The notes under the pieces: model-generated
The model's database searches: none
Seen by the model: only the letters and a program-made list of their open reading frames with translations
What the model was told of the DNA's origin: nothing
Position numbers and translations under genes: made by a program
Shown here: piece after piece, positions 14,901 through 26,400 of the stretch
Position numbering within the stretch: position 1 is the stretch's first letter
How the letters are laid out: every line of letters starts with the position of its first letter
Source of the DNA: Lingula anatina
Lineage: Eukaryota > Animalia > Brachiopoda
Direction of reading: 5' to 3'
DNA: 64,000 nt
Assembly (NCBI GenBank): GCA_051362555.1
Contig: CM120640.1
Location: forward strand, 6,572,001 to 6,636,000

Positions 14901-17900
14901 TTTACACCATGAACTGAATTTTGCAAATTTTACTTTCCTTTTATCTCCAAAACTGGCAGAGATAGGTCCGTAGTTACTATTGAACTTGAATAGGAAGTCA
15001 TATACTGGCAATCTAAATGTGACCTTAAAATTGACCTTTGACCTACTTTTCACCATAAACTGAACTTCGCAAATTTTGCTTCCCTTTTATCTCCAAAACT
15101 GGCAGAGATAGGTCCATAGCTACTATTGAACTTGAATAGGAAGTCATATACTGGCAATCTAAATGTGACCTTAAAATTGACCTTTGACCTAATTTTCACC
15201 ATGAACTGAACTTTGCAAATTTTGCTTTCCTTTTATCTCCAAAACTGGCAGAGATAGGTCCATAGTTACTATTGAACTTGAATAGGAAGTCATATACTGG
15301 CAATATAAATGTGACCTTGAAATTGACCTTTGACCTACTTTTCACCATAAACTGAACTTTGCAAATTTTGCTTCCCTTTTATCTCCAAAACTGGCAGAGA
15401 TAGGTCCATAGTTACTATTGAACTTGAATAGGAAGTCATATACTGGCAATCTAAATGTGACCTTAAAATTGACCTTTGACCTACTTTTCACCATGAACTG
15501 AACTTTGCAAATTTTGTTTTCCTTTTATCTCCAAAACTGGCAGAGATAGGTCCATAGTTACAATTGAACTTGAATAGAAAGTCATATACTGGCAATCTAA
15601 ATGTGACCTTGAAATTGACCTTTGACCTACTTTTCACCATGAACTGAATTTTGCAAATTTTGCTTTCCTTTTATCTTCAAAACTGACAGAGATATGTCCA
15701 TAGTTACTATTGAACTTGAATAGGAAGTCCTATACTGGCAATCTAAGTGTGACCTTGAAATTGACCTTTGACCTACTTTTTATCATGAACTGAACTCTGC
15801 TAATTTCTTTCTCTTTTAACTTCAAACTTGACAGAGATAGGTCCATAGTTACTCTTGAACTTGAATAGGAAGTCATATACTGGCAATTTACTGTGACCTT
15901 GAAATTGACCCTTGACCTACCTTACGAAGAACTTAAATTTGATTGTACCATATATATATATTTTGCAATAGTTTAAAAATTCTTGTTGATTGCATTTTTA
16001 CAGCTTGTCAAGCACAAAACTGGTGGCTGTGTCCCTTATTTTGTGTACGTGGGGGTCTATACGAATGCGCTTGCTCCAGCTGGTGGTACAATATTCGGAG
16101 GCGGTATCGCCTCTGATCCTCTAGTTATTGTACCACCAGCGTTAGCGCTGGCGGTACACATGGTTTCGGTCTCGTCCGGATCGTTCCGCCGGCTCCGCCG
16201 GACGGCTACCGTTACCGCTTCTCCTCCTAGACGGTAAGGCCCCCCATACCCATCTCATGGATTTAGGTCACCTATAATCTCAACTCGTTCCACGTAAAAT
16301 TTGGGCTTTGTCGGTATTGGGGTCTGGGTGTGGCACTCATTGCAATGCACCCTTGTCCAAAAATGGCAAAATTAAATGCTAATTATCTACCCTACGGAAG
16401 GAGTTACGGGAAAATTTTCTACAGACGGCTTTCCAAAAGTCATATGTGTAGATTTCAAATATACCCTCGGATTTGACCTTTGACCTTTACTTCAAGGTCA
16501 AATGGGCCAAAATTTTCAAAAAAATGAAATTTTTTACGAAAAAAAAATTTTTTGCCCTGTTATTCAGACACCACACAGACTTAACCAATAATATTATTGG
16601 AAAGTGTTACCCTTCAGGTCATCTTTCATCTCCGTGAATTTGGGGTCAATCGGTGCATTTTCACAGGAGTAGCGGCCATAAGATACCGAAACTGAAAACT
16701 GTCTCTAATTCGGGAACCGTTAATGCTAGAGACCCATTCTTTTTTGCATTTTGTAGAGCATGTAAAGCCCAACACTGGAGGTGGTCTCGGTTTTTTTGTA
16801 TTCCATACGGTTTTCGAGTTACGCTGTATCAAAAAGTACATATTGGTGGTGAAAGGAAAATGTACGGAAGCCCACTGGTGCCATATGTAGAAAAAAAAAT
16901 TATCTCGAAATTTCGAGATACTATTTTGAAATTTGAACAAAAAAAATTTACCACCAGCGTTAGCGCTGGCGGTACACATGGTTTCGGTCCCGTCCGGTCC
17001 GTTCCGCCGGCTCCGCCGCCATGTTACCGTTACCGCTTCTCCTCCTAGACGGTAAGGGCCCCCGTACCCATTTCATGGATTTAGGTCACCTATAATCTCA
17101 ACTCGTTCCACGTAAAATTTGGGCTTTGTCGGTATTGGGGTCTGGGTGTGGCACTCATTGCAATGCACCCTTGTCTAAAAATGGCAAAATTAAATGCTAA
17201 TTATCTACCCTACAGAAGGAGTTACGGGAAAAATTTCTATAGACGGCTTTCCAAAAGTCATATGTGTAGATTTCAAATATACCCTCGGATTTGACCTTTG
17301 ACCTTTACTTCAAGGTCAAATGGGTCAAAATTTTCAAAAAAATGAAATTTTTTACGAAAAAAATTTTTTTGCCCTGTTATTCAGACGCCACACAGACTTA
17401 ACCAATAATATTATTGGAAAGTGTTACCCTTCAGGTCATCTTTCATCTCCGTGAATTTGGGGTCAATCGGTGCATTTTCACAGGAGTAGCGGCCATAAGA
17501 TACCGAAACTGAAAACTGTCTCTAATTCGGGAACCGTTAATGCTAGAGACCCATTCTTTTTTGCATTTTGTAGAGCATGTAAAGCCCAACACTGGAGGTG
17601 GTCTCGGTTTTTTTTGTATTCCATACGGTTTTCGAGTTACGCTGTATCAGAAAGTACATATTGGTGGTGAAAGGAAAATGTACGGAAGCCGACTGGTGCC
17701 ATATGTAGAAAAAAAAATTATCTCGAAATTTCGAGATACTATTTTGAAATTTGAACAAAAAAAATTTTTATCTCGAAATTTCGAGATAGCATTTTGAAAT
17801 TTGAACAAAAAAAAAATTATCTCGAAATTTCGAGATAGCATTTTGATATTTGAGCAAAAAAATTTATCTCGAAATTTCGAGATAGTATTTTGAAATTTGA

Positions 17901-20852
17901 ACAAAAAAAATGCTATCTGGAAATTTCGAGATAATTTTTTTTTTCAACATATGGCACCAGTCGGCTTCTGTAAAAATGTGCAGTACGGTAATGGATAATA
18001 AATTTTGAACTCCGGAAAAATAAAACATAATGCTTGGCAAAGCAGACAACTTGTGGTCAAAAATGACATTATTTTATCAAATTTAAACTTCTGCAACTTC
18101 AGAGAACCTCCCATTTCAAGAACTTTGACCAAAATGACCTTTTCTTTATTTTAATTAATTTTTTCTGTAGGCAATTTATGGCACATTATGGTAACTCCAA
18201 AATTATAACATTTAGTCCCTTATATCTCCAAAACTGGCAGAGATAGGTCCATAGTTACTATTGAAGTTGAATAGGAAGTCATATACTGGCAATCTTACTG
18301 TGACCTTGACATTGACCTTTGACCTACTTTTCACCATGAACTGAACTTTGCAAATTTTGCTTCCCTTTTATCTCCAAAACTGGCAGAGATAGGTCCATAG
18401 TTACTATTGAACTTGAATAGGAAGTCATATACTGGCAATTTTACTGTGACCTTGAAATTGACCTTTGACCTACTTTTCACCTTGAACTGAACTTTGCAAA
18501 ATTTGCTTCCCTTTTATCTCCAAAACTGGCAGAGATAGGTCCATAGTTACTATTGAACTTGCATAGGAAGTCATATACTGGCAATTTTACTGTGACCTTG
18601 AAATTGACCTTTGACCTTCTTTTCACCATGAACTGAACTTTGCAAATTTTGCTTCCCTTTTATCTCCAAAACTGGCAGAGATAGGTCCATAGTTACTATT
18701 GAAGTTGAATAGGAAGTCATATACTGGCAATCTAAATGTGACCTTGAAATTGACCTTTGACCTACTTTTCACCATGAACTGAACTTTGCAAATTTTGCTT
18801 CCCTTTTATCTCCAAAACTGGCAGAGATAGGTCCATAGTTACTATTGAAGTTGAATAGGAAGTCATATACTGGCAATCTTACTGTGACCTTGAAATTGAC
18901 CTTTGACCTACTTATCACCATGAACTGAACTTTGCAAATTTTGCTTCCCTTTTATCTCCAAAACTGGCAGAGATAGGTCCATAGTTACTATTGAACTTGA
19001 ATAGGAAGTCATATAATGGCAATTTTACTGTGACCTTGAAATTGACCTTTGACCTACTTTTCACCTTGAACTGAACTTTGCAAAATTTGCTTCCCTTTTA
19101 TCTCCAAAACTGGCAGAGATAGGTCCATAGTTACTATTGAACTTGCATAGGAAGTCATATACTGGCAATTTTACTGTGACCTTGAAATTGACCTTTGACC
19201 TTCTTTTCACCATGAACTGAACTTTGCAAATTTTGCTTCCCTTTTATCTCCAAAACTGGCAGAGATAGGTCCATAGTTACTATTGAAGTTGAATAGGAAG
19301 TCATATACTGGCAATCTAAATGTGACCTTGAAATTGACCTTTGACCTACTTTTCACCATGAACTGAACTTTGCAAATTTTGCTTCCCTTTTATCTCCAAA
19401 ACTGGCAGAGATAGGTCCATAGTTACTATTGAAGTTGAATAGGAAGTCATATACTGGCAATCTTACTGTGACCTTGAAATTGACCTTTGACCTACTTTTC
19501 ACCATGAACTGAACTTTGCAAATTTTGCTTCCCTTTTATCTCCAAAACTGGCAGAGATAGGTCCATAGTTACTATTGAAGTTGAATAGGAAGTCATATAC
19601 TGGCAATTTACTGTGACCTTGAAATTGACCTTTGACCTACCTTACAATGAACTTAACTTTGATTGCACCATTTTTAGTTATATATATTTTTTGCATATTT
19701 TGAAAATTCTTGTTGATTGCATTTTTACAGCTTGTCAAGCACAAGACTGGTGGCTGCACCCCTTATTTTGTGTATGTGGGGGTCTATACGAATGCGCTTG
19801 CTCCAGCTGGTGGTACAATATTCGGAGGCGGTATCGCCTCTCTGATCCTCTAGTTACTATTTTAATATTGATTTGAGCTGTTTTCTGGTTTTATTTCTGT
19901 CCAACAACATTCCTGGAATAGTATTTCTACTGTAATAAAATAAATGGTAAAGTGCTGCTTTTACATTTGATTAGATTGGCCCTTAATGTTGTGGTCTTTC
20001 CACTTCAGCTGCACTATGTCAGGCTGCCGAAGGACATAAAAGACTACCATGTAATCCTATCAGATGCTACTGTGGCAACTGGGGCAGCTGCCATGATGGC
20101 TATAAGGGTGCTTTTGGACCATGATGTTCAGGAAGAAAATATTATGTTTCTGTCTTTGGTTATGGCAGCTCAAGGTGATGATGTGCTCTTATTCATAAAT
20201 ATTGCTTTTAACCTTTTATTCTCAGATAATGCATAGTTAGTAGCACTTTTAGTTGAATGGTATGTTGCCAGGTTGGTCTTACTGTAAAATTAATTCTTCT
20301 GGTCAGAAAGGTTGATGTTCTAGAATTTGATAGTTATCAAATTCAAATTTTGGAAATTGACTCTTCTTTGGCTTAACCAAGTGAAGAAATTCAATTTGTA
20401 TTAAGTTTTTTTTTCAAAATTTTATTTTATTTTAGCGGGTACAATAAGGAAATCATCTACTGTGTTTCCACTTGATGGTGACTGTCTATATGTTCATCCT
20501 TTTCATAGGTGTCCACACAGTTGCCTATGCATTCCCCAAAGTGAAGATAATCAGCACAGCTGTGGACCCAGATGTCAATGAAGATTTCCACATTTTGCCA
20601 GGGATAGGTGGGTCTTTGAGGAACTTGAAAAAAGATTATTATAGAACTTAAAATATTGTTTCTTTTTGTCTGTGTAGTTATGTATTGTGTCACTAAAAAT
20701 TACTTTTAATACACTTCAAAAAGAGTGAATCCTTATCATAGCTTGTTAAAAAATTTTTGTCAGTGATTTGTTTAACCAAAATGCTAGCAAGTTGATTTTT
20801 TTTTCCATTTTCAGGAAACTTCGGTGATAGATATTTTGGAACAGAATTATAA
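2930..20852 (+). CDS. UCKL1: Uridine-cytidine kinase-like 1 (uridine kinase domain plus UPRTase-like domain)
   Basis: Exons 2930-2997, 4184-4449, 4668-4774, 4992-5162, 5436-5507, 5869-5912, 6264-6409, 6677-6738, 7981-8099, 8217-8310, 8607-8669, 8902-9024, 20009-20174, 20509-20607, 20815-20852. Motifs [11 protein letters not shown]-loop [39 protein letters not shown] and C-terminal [12 protein letters not shown]. Confidence 0.95.
3800..3852. repeat. Short inverted repeat (about 20-bp stem hairpin) in UCKL1 intron 1
   Basis: CACTCTCAAACCAAGT ... ACTTGGTTTGAGGGTG, one mismatch, with further pairing towards the loop. Confidence 0.6.
6743..7726. mobile_element. PIF/Harbinger-type (Tourist-like) non-autonomous MITE in UCKL1 intron 8
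   Basis: About 34-bp TIRs GGCCACACTTTTTTA-TTTTATGGATGACATCCT at both ends. TAA target-site duplication at 6740-6742 and 7727-7729. No transposase ORF. Confidence 0.88.
11526..11817. mobile_element. 292-bp MITE with TAC..GTA termini and 6-bp TSD (IS3EU-like) inside HINE copy C
   Basis: TIR TACGGAAGCCGACTGGTGCCATATGT / ACATATGGCACCAGTCGGCTTCCGTA. AAAATG duplicated at 11520-11525 and 11818-11823. The empty site is visible in copy A near 9798-9815. Interior is five TATCTCGAAATTTCGAGATA palindromes. Confidence 0.85.
12065..13632 (+). repeat. 146-bp tandem satellite array, about 11 monomers (copy C)
   Basis: TCTCCAAAACTGGCAGAGATAGG recurs at 12071, 12217, 12363 ... 13531. Confidence 0.97.
13915..15920 (+). 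repeat. 146-bp tandem satellite array, about 14 monomers (copy A)
   Basis: Same monomer at 13922, 14068 ... 15820; the last units are more diverged. Confidence 0.97.
17681..17972. mobile_element. IS3EU-like MITE copy inside HINE copy E
   Basis: Same TIRs (one mismatch) and AAAATG TSD as 11526-11817. Confidence 0.85.
18219..19640 (+). repeat. 146-bp tandem satellite array, about 10 monomers (copy E)
   Basis: Monomer starts at 18225 ... 19539 in steps of 146. Confidence 0.97.
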
Positions 20853-21562
20853 TGCCAAGTCAAGTTTTGTGTGTGTGCGTGCGTGTGTGTATGTGTAGGG
20901 AAGTCAGCTTACAAATATATACCCTGAAAATAACAAATGCAGTTCTTGATCAATATTTTAACATTATTTCAAACCTAATACTACATGTAGAAATTTACTG
21001 TGCTGTGTAGTTCACCTGTTTACAGTCTTCCTTTTTGAGAGATCTGATTAGAACAAACTGGATACAAAAAGCAGCAAAACAGTGATTTTATCAAGGAAAA
21101 TATCTGCCTCATGAAAAATCTTTATTTTCAGTTTAAAGACAATTTATATTCAAGTTTTTATTTGTTGGTCAATCTCGAGACTGACTAGAGGCCTTAGTTA
21201 GCAGTCAGGGTACTGACCACTATATGTCCAGTACAGTTACACAGAAATAATGCATGTTAAATGCTACTCTAGCAAACTGCCCAGCATGCTTTTATTTTTA
21301 GAATTTTGTTGTTTAAGAAGTGGTATCTTTTATTTAATCTTTATTATTTATGTTGTAGCATTTTGATTGGGATTGCAATGAAAAGATTTAGAAAGCCCAC
21401 CATATGAATATACTTTGATCATTACACTGAAGTAGAATACATTATGTGAAATAATGATAATTTAGTATATTTTCAAAATGAGTGGTCAGTAAAAGATTTT
21501 GATAAAATCTCCAAAGTGAATTGCAGAAGTAAGAAAGCATGGAATAGATGCATACCTCCAAT

Positions 21563-21984
21563 ACCCTCAAAAGCAGCATTCAGAACAGTGGACTAACTAG
21601 TCAGTGGGTCAAATATGGCGACCCACTAAAAAAGCTTACTGTCTTATCAGCTAAGGGTGCATACCCAGAGATTTAGATCGATCCAAAGATTTAGATTTAG
21701 ATCGACCTAACTCCCCGGGGGTTCACGCTAAATTGCAGTCAGCCGAACGTGCACCATAGTTAATTACCTCCTTACAGCTTTTAGTAGGCGGGACAGATGC
21801 TTAAGCCGGCTAAGCTGACAGTAATCTAGTGAGACTCCCCACAGGGATAGATCGATCAAAAATCTATGGGAATGGGGTCTTATAGACACTGAATAGATTC
21901 CCCGTGGTGAAGTGTTCAAGTGGTTCAGCCATATTTGACCCTAGGACTAGTTAGTCCACTGTTCTGAATGCTGCCTAAGAGGGT
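21563..21984. mobile_element. Fold-back MITE-like element downstream of the UCKL1 stop (probably in the 3' UTR)
   Basis: About 55-60-bp imperfect TIRs (GCAGCATTCAGAACAGTGGACTAACTAGTC..GGGTCAAATATGGC and its reverse complement). Internal TAGATCGATC sub-repeats. Exact ends and TSD are ambiguous. Confidence 0.75.
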
Positions 21985-23457
21985 CACATCATTTTGTGAG
22001 AAAAGTTTGACATTAGTATTAGAGAGAAAACAGCTCTTCATGTGAAATTCAAAATTCCACAATAAAAACATGGTAAACAACAAATATAAATATAATGAAT
22101 TTCAATTTACCACCAAAATGGCATTTATCTAAATTATTTTGAATTCAATCAACTAACTTTGAATGTCAGAATAGATTAACCATTGATAAGTATGGAAACG
22201 TTGTTTAACCCAGGAAAATCTGTTTAATGGCACTCTTCCCATCAAAATGAAGAGTTGTCATCCCTCTGAGTTGTAGGGATGTGTAGAAAAGAATTCTGGA
22301 AAAGTTTGAATGTATCCCAAGAATTCAAATATGTCAGCTAGGAGCAGAGTGGAAGTGAAGTGTAAAAAACATTTCATTATTGGAATGTTTCAACACTAAG
22401 TTTTGGATGGTCAAAATGAACAAAAAGTGTATTTTGTCAAACCAAGTTGTTGATAGTAGTACAGGAAACCAGTAGGCATGAAATGAGGCAGGTCTAGCTA
22501 AATTTTGCTTATCTGTTGTCTTCTGTGTAGTTGTTTAAAAAGTGAAGGAATTTCATTTTAAGAAAATGGTTATGCCTTATATAAAGAGTGCTATTAATAT
22601 GCATTTGTACTTATATTTAAGTCATTACACTGACATTTATAGTCATTCTGAGCATCATATAGTCAAATACAAATTTAACTATTCTGGTCAGTATTATGCA
22701 TTTGCAAGTTCTCATTTTAAAAACAAAATTCCATTGTAAAGTTACATATAAGGAAAACCAAAGAAGGGTACATTTGTCCTCATGTAAGTTTCAAAACATG
22801 GTGATATGGATCTGAAAGAGTTGTATATTTTATGGAGAATAAAATTTAAGGAATTCAGTATTTTATTCTCAATCAGTTTGTTTTTCTTCTAAACACATTT
22901 TTATAACTTCTAATGTAAGACTATAGAAATCTGAAAGATCCTTAAACTTTCATATTTATAATTTTTCTAGTTCTATAAAATAAGTGCTAAAATCCAATAA
23001 TGTTTCTAAGAAATTGCATCTCCCCACCATGTGTCCATATACTTCAATTTTTATATGGAATAATATATTGCATAACAGACACTTGCTTATCAGAAAAATT
23101 TAGTTGATTCAGTGCAGCATGGGAAACAGGTGCACATCGTACATTAATGTTCTGTATACATAACTTTTAGATAATGTACATATAATAGTAAAATATGTGC
23201 TCAGGATATAGTGTGATTGTCTGCTAAAGGCTACAAAAATAACATTTGATTCCAAAAATACGTGAAATGTAAAAATTTGATTGGTTGAAAGTAGTCTATG
23301 TTTGACTTTACACAAAAATTAATAAATGCTGTCAGTGGATTTGAACAATTTATAAATTGTAAGTTATAATCATATGCACCATGACTCAAGTGGGCTTCCA
23401 AGAGAAACCTTTAAAATATGGCATCATTTGAGTGTTGGCATTCACAATAGGGCCTGG

Positions 23458-26400
23458 TTACACATAATGGTTGAACATTGCCTCGCAGTGCTCCTGCTTG
23501 CCAGATATCATCTCAGGGTTCCCGTTCTTCTTGACATACTCCTTGAACACAAAAGCAAATAAATAGTTGATACATAAATGACAATTGTATTTCCTTTCTT
23601 TCAGTGCAACTTTTGTTGAAACCACCAATACCAATAACTGAATATTCTGATAATGGAGACTAATTTATAAAGGTCAAAGATCATGAAAAATGTGACAATT
23701 TTGTTAAATACAGCTATTTACCTCCAGTTCCTCAAATGTTGCAGCCCCTTTCTCCACTTTGGCACCCAGACCCACTTTGAAGGTTTTGTAGCGTTCCTGA
23801 AAAAATTTAAGTTCTCTTTCATATCTTTTTCTTATGAAATAAATTTAAAAAAATGTTTTATGAATGGCAGCTAATAAAAATCTTTTTAAAATTTTGTATT
23901 TTACTGCCGAACTTGAGAAGAAATGCTTAGAAATTGCCAAGAAGCTCAGATCTAAACTTATTTCAATCAACACCAAAAATATATTCCACTACACACCTGA
24001 ACCAACTTATCCAAGTGACCCTCTTCTGCAATCTTTGCAGCATTTCTTAGCCCACGAGCTAAAGTATCCATCGCACCTGTAATGACGCCATAGAATATTT
24101 TCAAACCACACTTTTGTCTTTGTCTGAATATCTGTGCAATTTGATACCATGAACTAAGGTTAAACTGGAGATGTATAGTAACGAGATTCTCTGCCATCCT
24201 TGCATATTGTTCATTCCATTAAGACTGCTTTAGTTCAGTCAGACTAAATTTGTACTTGTAATTAAACAAAGGCATTCAAATCTCCATCTCATATCTTTGA
24301 AATTTGGTTTAAGAAAATGTCATTTTTGTCATCAAAATTTAAAACTCTCGTTGCTCACCGATGTGTGCAATGAACATATCCTCAGGGTCTGTGGATTCTC
24401 TGCGCACTTTACAGTCAAAGTTGAGGCCACCAGGCTGGATTCCTCCCTGTTTGATCACAGTCTGGAGGAAATTTAACATGCACGATGTTAAAAGTTGTTA
24501 TGGAATGAGCACAAATTTCAACATGTTGACTTGATATTCTATTTATGTAGTATTTACTGCTAGAAGATGAAGGTTATCACTTGCTATAGAGATTGTCTGG
24601 CCTTGCTGTTTGATTATCTAGTATGTACCACATGGGGAGTTTAAAAAGGTTCCTCTGTCCATTTCAAAATATCGAGTATTTGATAAAGATGCCCCATATT
24701 TTCATTAGAAAACATAGTTTCTTATAATGGTTTAAATGAGCTCCAGCCTTACCCTCATGACCATGGTAGCATTCTTGACATCCATGGGGAACTGGTCCGT
24801 GTCCCAACCACAGTCTGGTGACCCAGTGTTAGCATCAATGGAACCCAGAAACCCAAACCTTGAAGACACAACACAGGATTTCATTGACATTTAAATTTCT
24901 GTTTTGGTATGTTTATCAAAGAAAAAATTTATAAAAACTCAGTTTATGGACTGTTAACAGCTAGATTCACTCAACTTGAAGCACTTGACTTACTCAGATG
25001 CCATGACAATGCAGTGTTCATATGGATGTCCCGCTAGAGTGGTGTGATTTGGCTCCACGTTGATCTGTAATGAAAGAGAAGATGTTATCAATTTAGTTAT
25101 TAATTTGACTTTATTTTTAATTAAGATATTATTGCAGAACATAGATATTGTGTCATATTATTTATGTGCAGGAAGTAGTATTCTTTATGTCAAGAAATAA
25201 TTCATGACTTAATAAACTGCCTCCGTAATAGGCATAATTAAAAGTAACTTGATGAAAAATTATCTAACTGTATATACGTATGCTTCAGAAAAATTGTCAC
25301 ATAATATATTAATTTTTTTATTTAATTTTTGCTTATATGCTTTTGTATGAAATAAAGCTAGATATCAGTACTGTACATAAATTTTATAATGGCTTCTCAC
25401 CAAAGGTACCAGATAAAGCAGATTGTAATCCATCTTTGAAAACTATACCTTGAAGTCTTTGTCCAGTCCAAATGTCTTCAGAAAAGCAATCACAGTCATG
25501 GCATCTGCAGACAAATAAATACAAATTATTGTAATAATTGTTCAATATTTTATTTGTAACCACTATGGAAATGATAGCAACTTATTAATGCTCCAAATTG
25601 ACTATATTTAGACATCTTTCTATATGATGTAACCTCAAGAAAATTTCAGCAATGACAATTTTCCAACATTACATATGATAATAAAGCAAAATATCCTTCA
25701 AAAAAGAAAACTTAAAACTATTGCTTTAACAAAGTTTAGTTTAACATATAATAGGTGCTTTTGCTAGATTTTATGAAAAGAAAAAGAAAGCACACTAACC
25801 ATAATCATATTGATGTTTTGTTGGCTCTTTGGCCTTGGGTTCAATCAAGAATTGACCAGTGAATCCAATCTTCTTTTTGTATGCTGCGGATAAAATCTGT
25901 CACAATTAGGGAGGAATAGTTGTATTTACGGCATGAAAAATACAATAAAAATATTAAATGTATTTGTCCTTGCCAGAGACCTTTTCTAAAATCAAAAAGG
26001 GGATTATACTACTGACGTGCACTCTAAAACGCAAATATGAGAAAAAAACTTTGTAAATTTATTCTTACCCAGAGCCATTTTGAAGAAGTTGGCCATATGT
26101 GACAGTTCAGCATGAACATCAGTATTCAGCAAGCTCTGGTAGCCTTCCCTTCCTCCCCAAAACACTAAAACAAATCAAAAATGCATTTTTTGGTTTATAT
26201 ATAAATTATTACAGTGAAATCTCACATGTTTTTAAGCATTTAAACATCACAAAGATATGAAATGTATTATTTCACAATTTTCAAATAATTTCAATGTAGA
26301 ACTTTTAAAAGCAGACTTGACTCACTAAAGACCATGCAGCCTAATAAAAAAGAAAGTATGACAAACCAAAGTTTTCTGCCCCAAGCTTCTTGGCAATCTC

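Larger units (their letters stand above)
9038..16124 (+). mobile_element. Helentron-associated non-autonomous element (HINE/DINE-1/pearl-like), copy A, interrupted by a nested copy at 9971-13845
   Basis: 5' end TTATTGTACCACCAGC with adjacent inverted copy GCTGGCGGTAC, then CCGGCTCCG microsatellite, core, 146-bp array, 3' subTIR GCTGGTGGTACAATA, hairpin GAGGCGGTATCGCCTC and CTAG-TT end. No TSD; inserted in a T-rich site. Confidence 0.85.
16125..19853 (+). mobile_element. Second double-headed HINE copy (D 16125-16949 plus E 16950-19853), directly tandem to copy A
   Basis: Near-identical to 9971-13845, including the ATTT-ACCACC head junction and the internal MITE. Starts at the TT after copy A's CTAG and ends CTAG-TT. 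Confidence 0.85.

Noticed and set aside
10472-18132. Repeated 60-130 aa ORFs ([13 protein letters not shown]..., [10 protein letters not shown]..., [12 protein letters not shown]...)
   Set aside because: Chance frames inside non-autonomous elements and satellite monomers, broken by indels between copies, with no transposase, Rep or helicase motifs.
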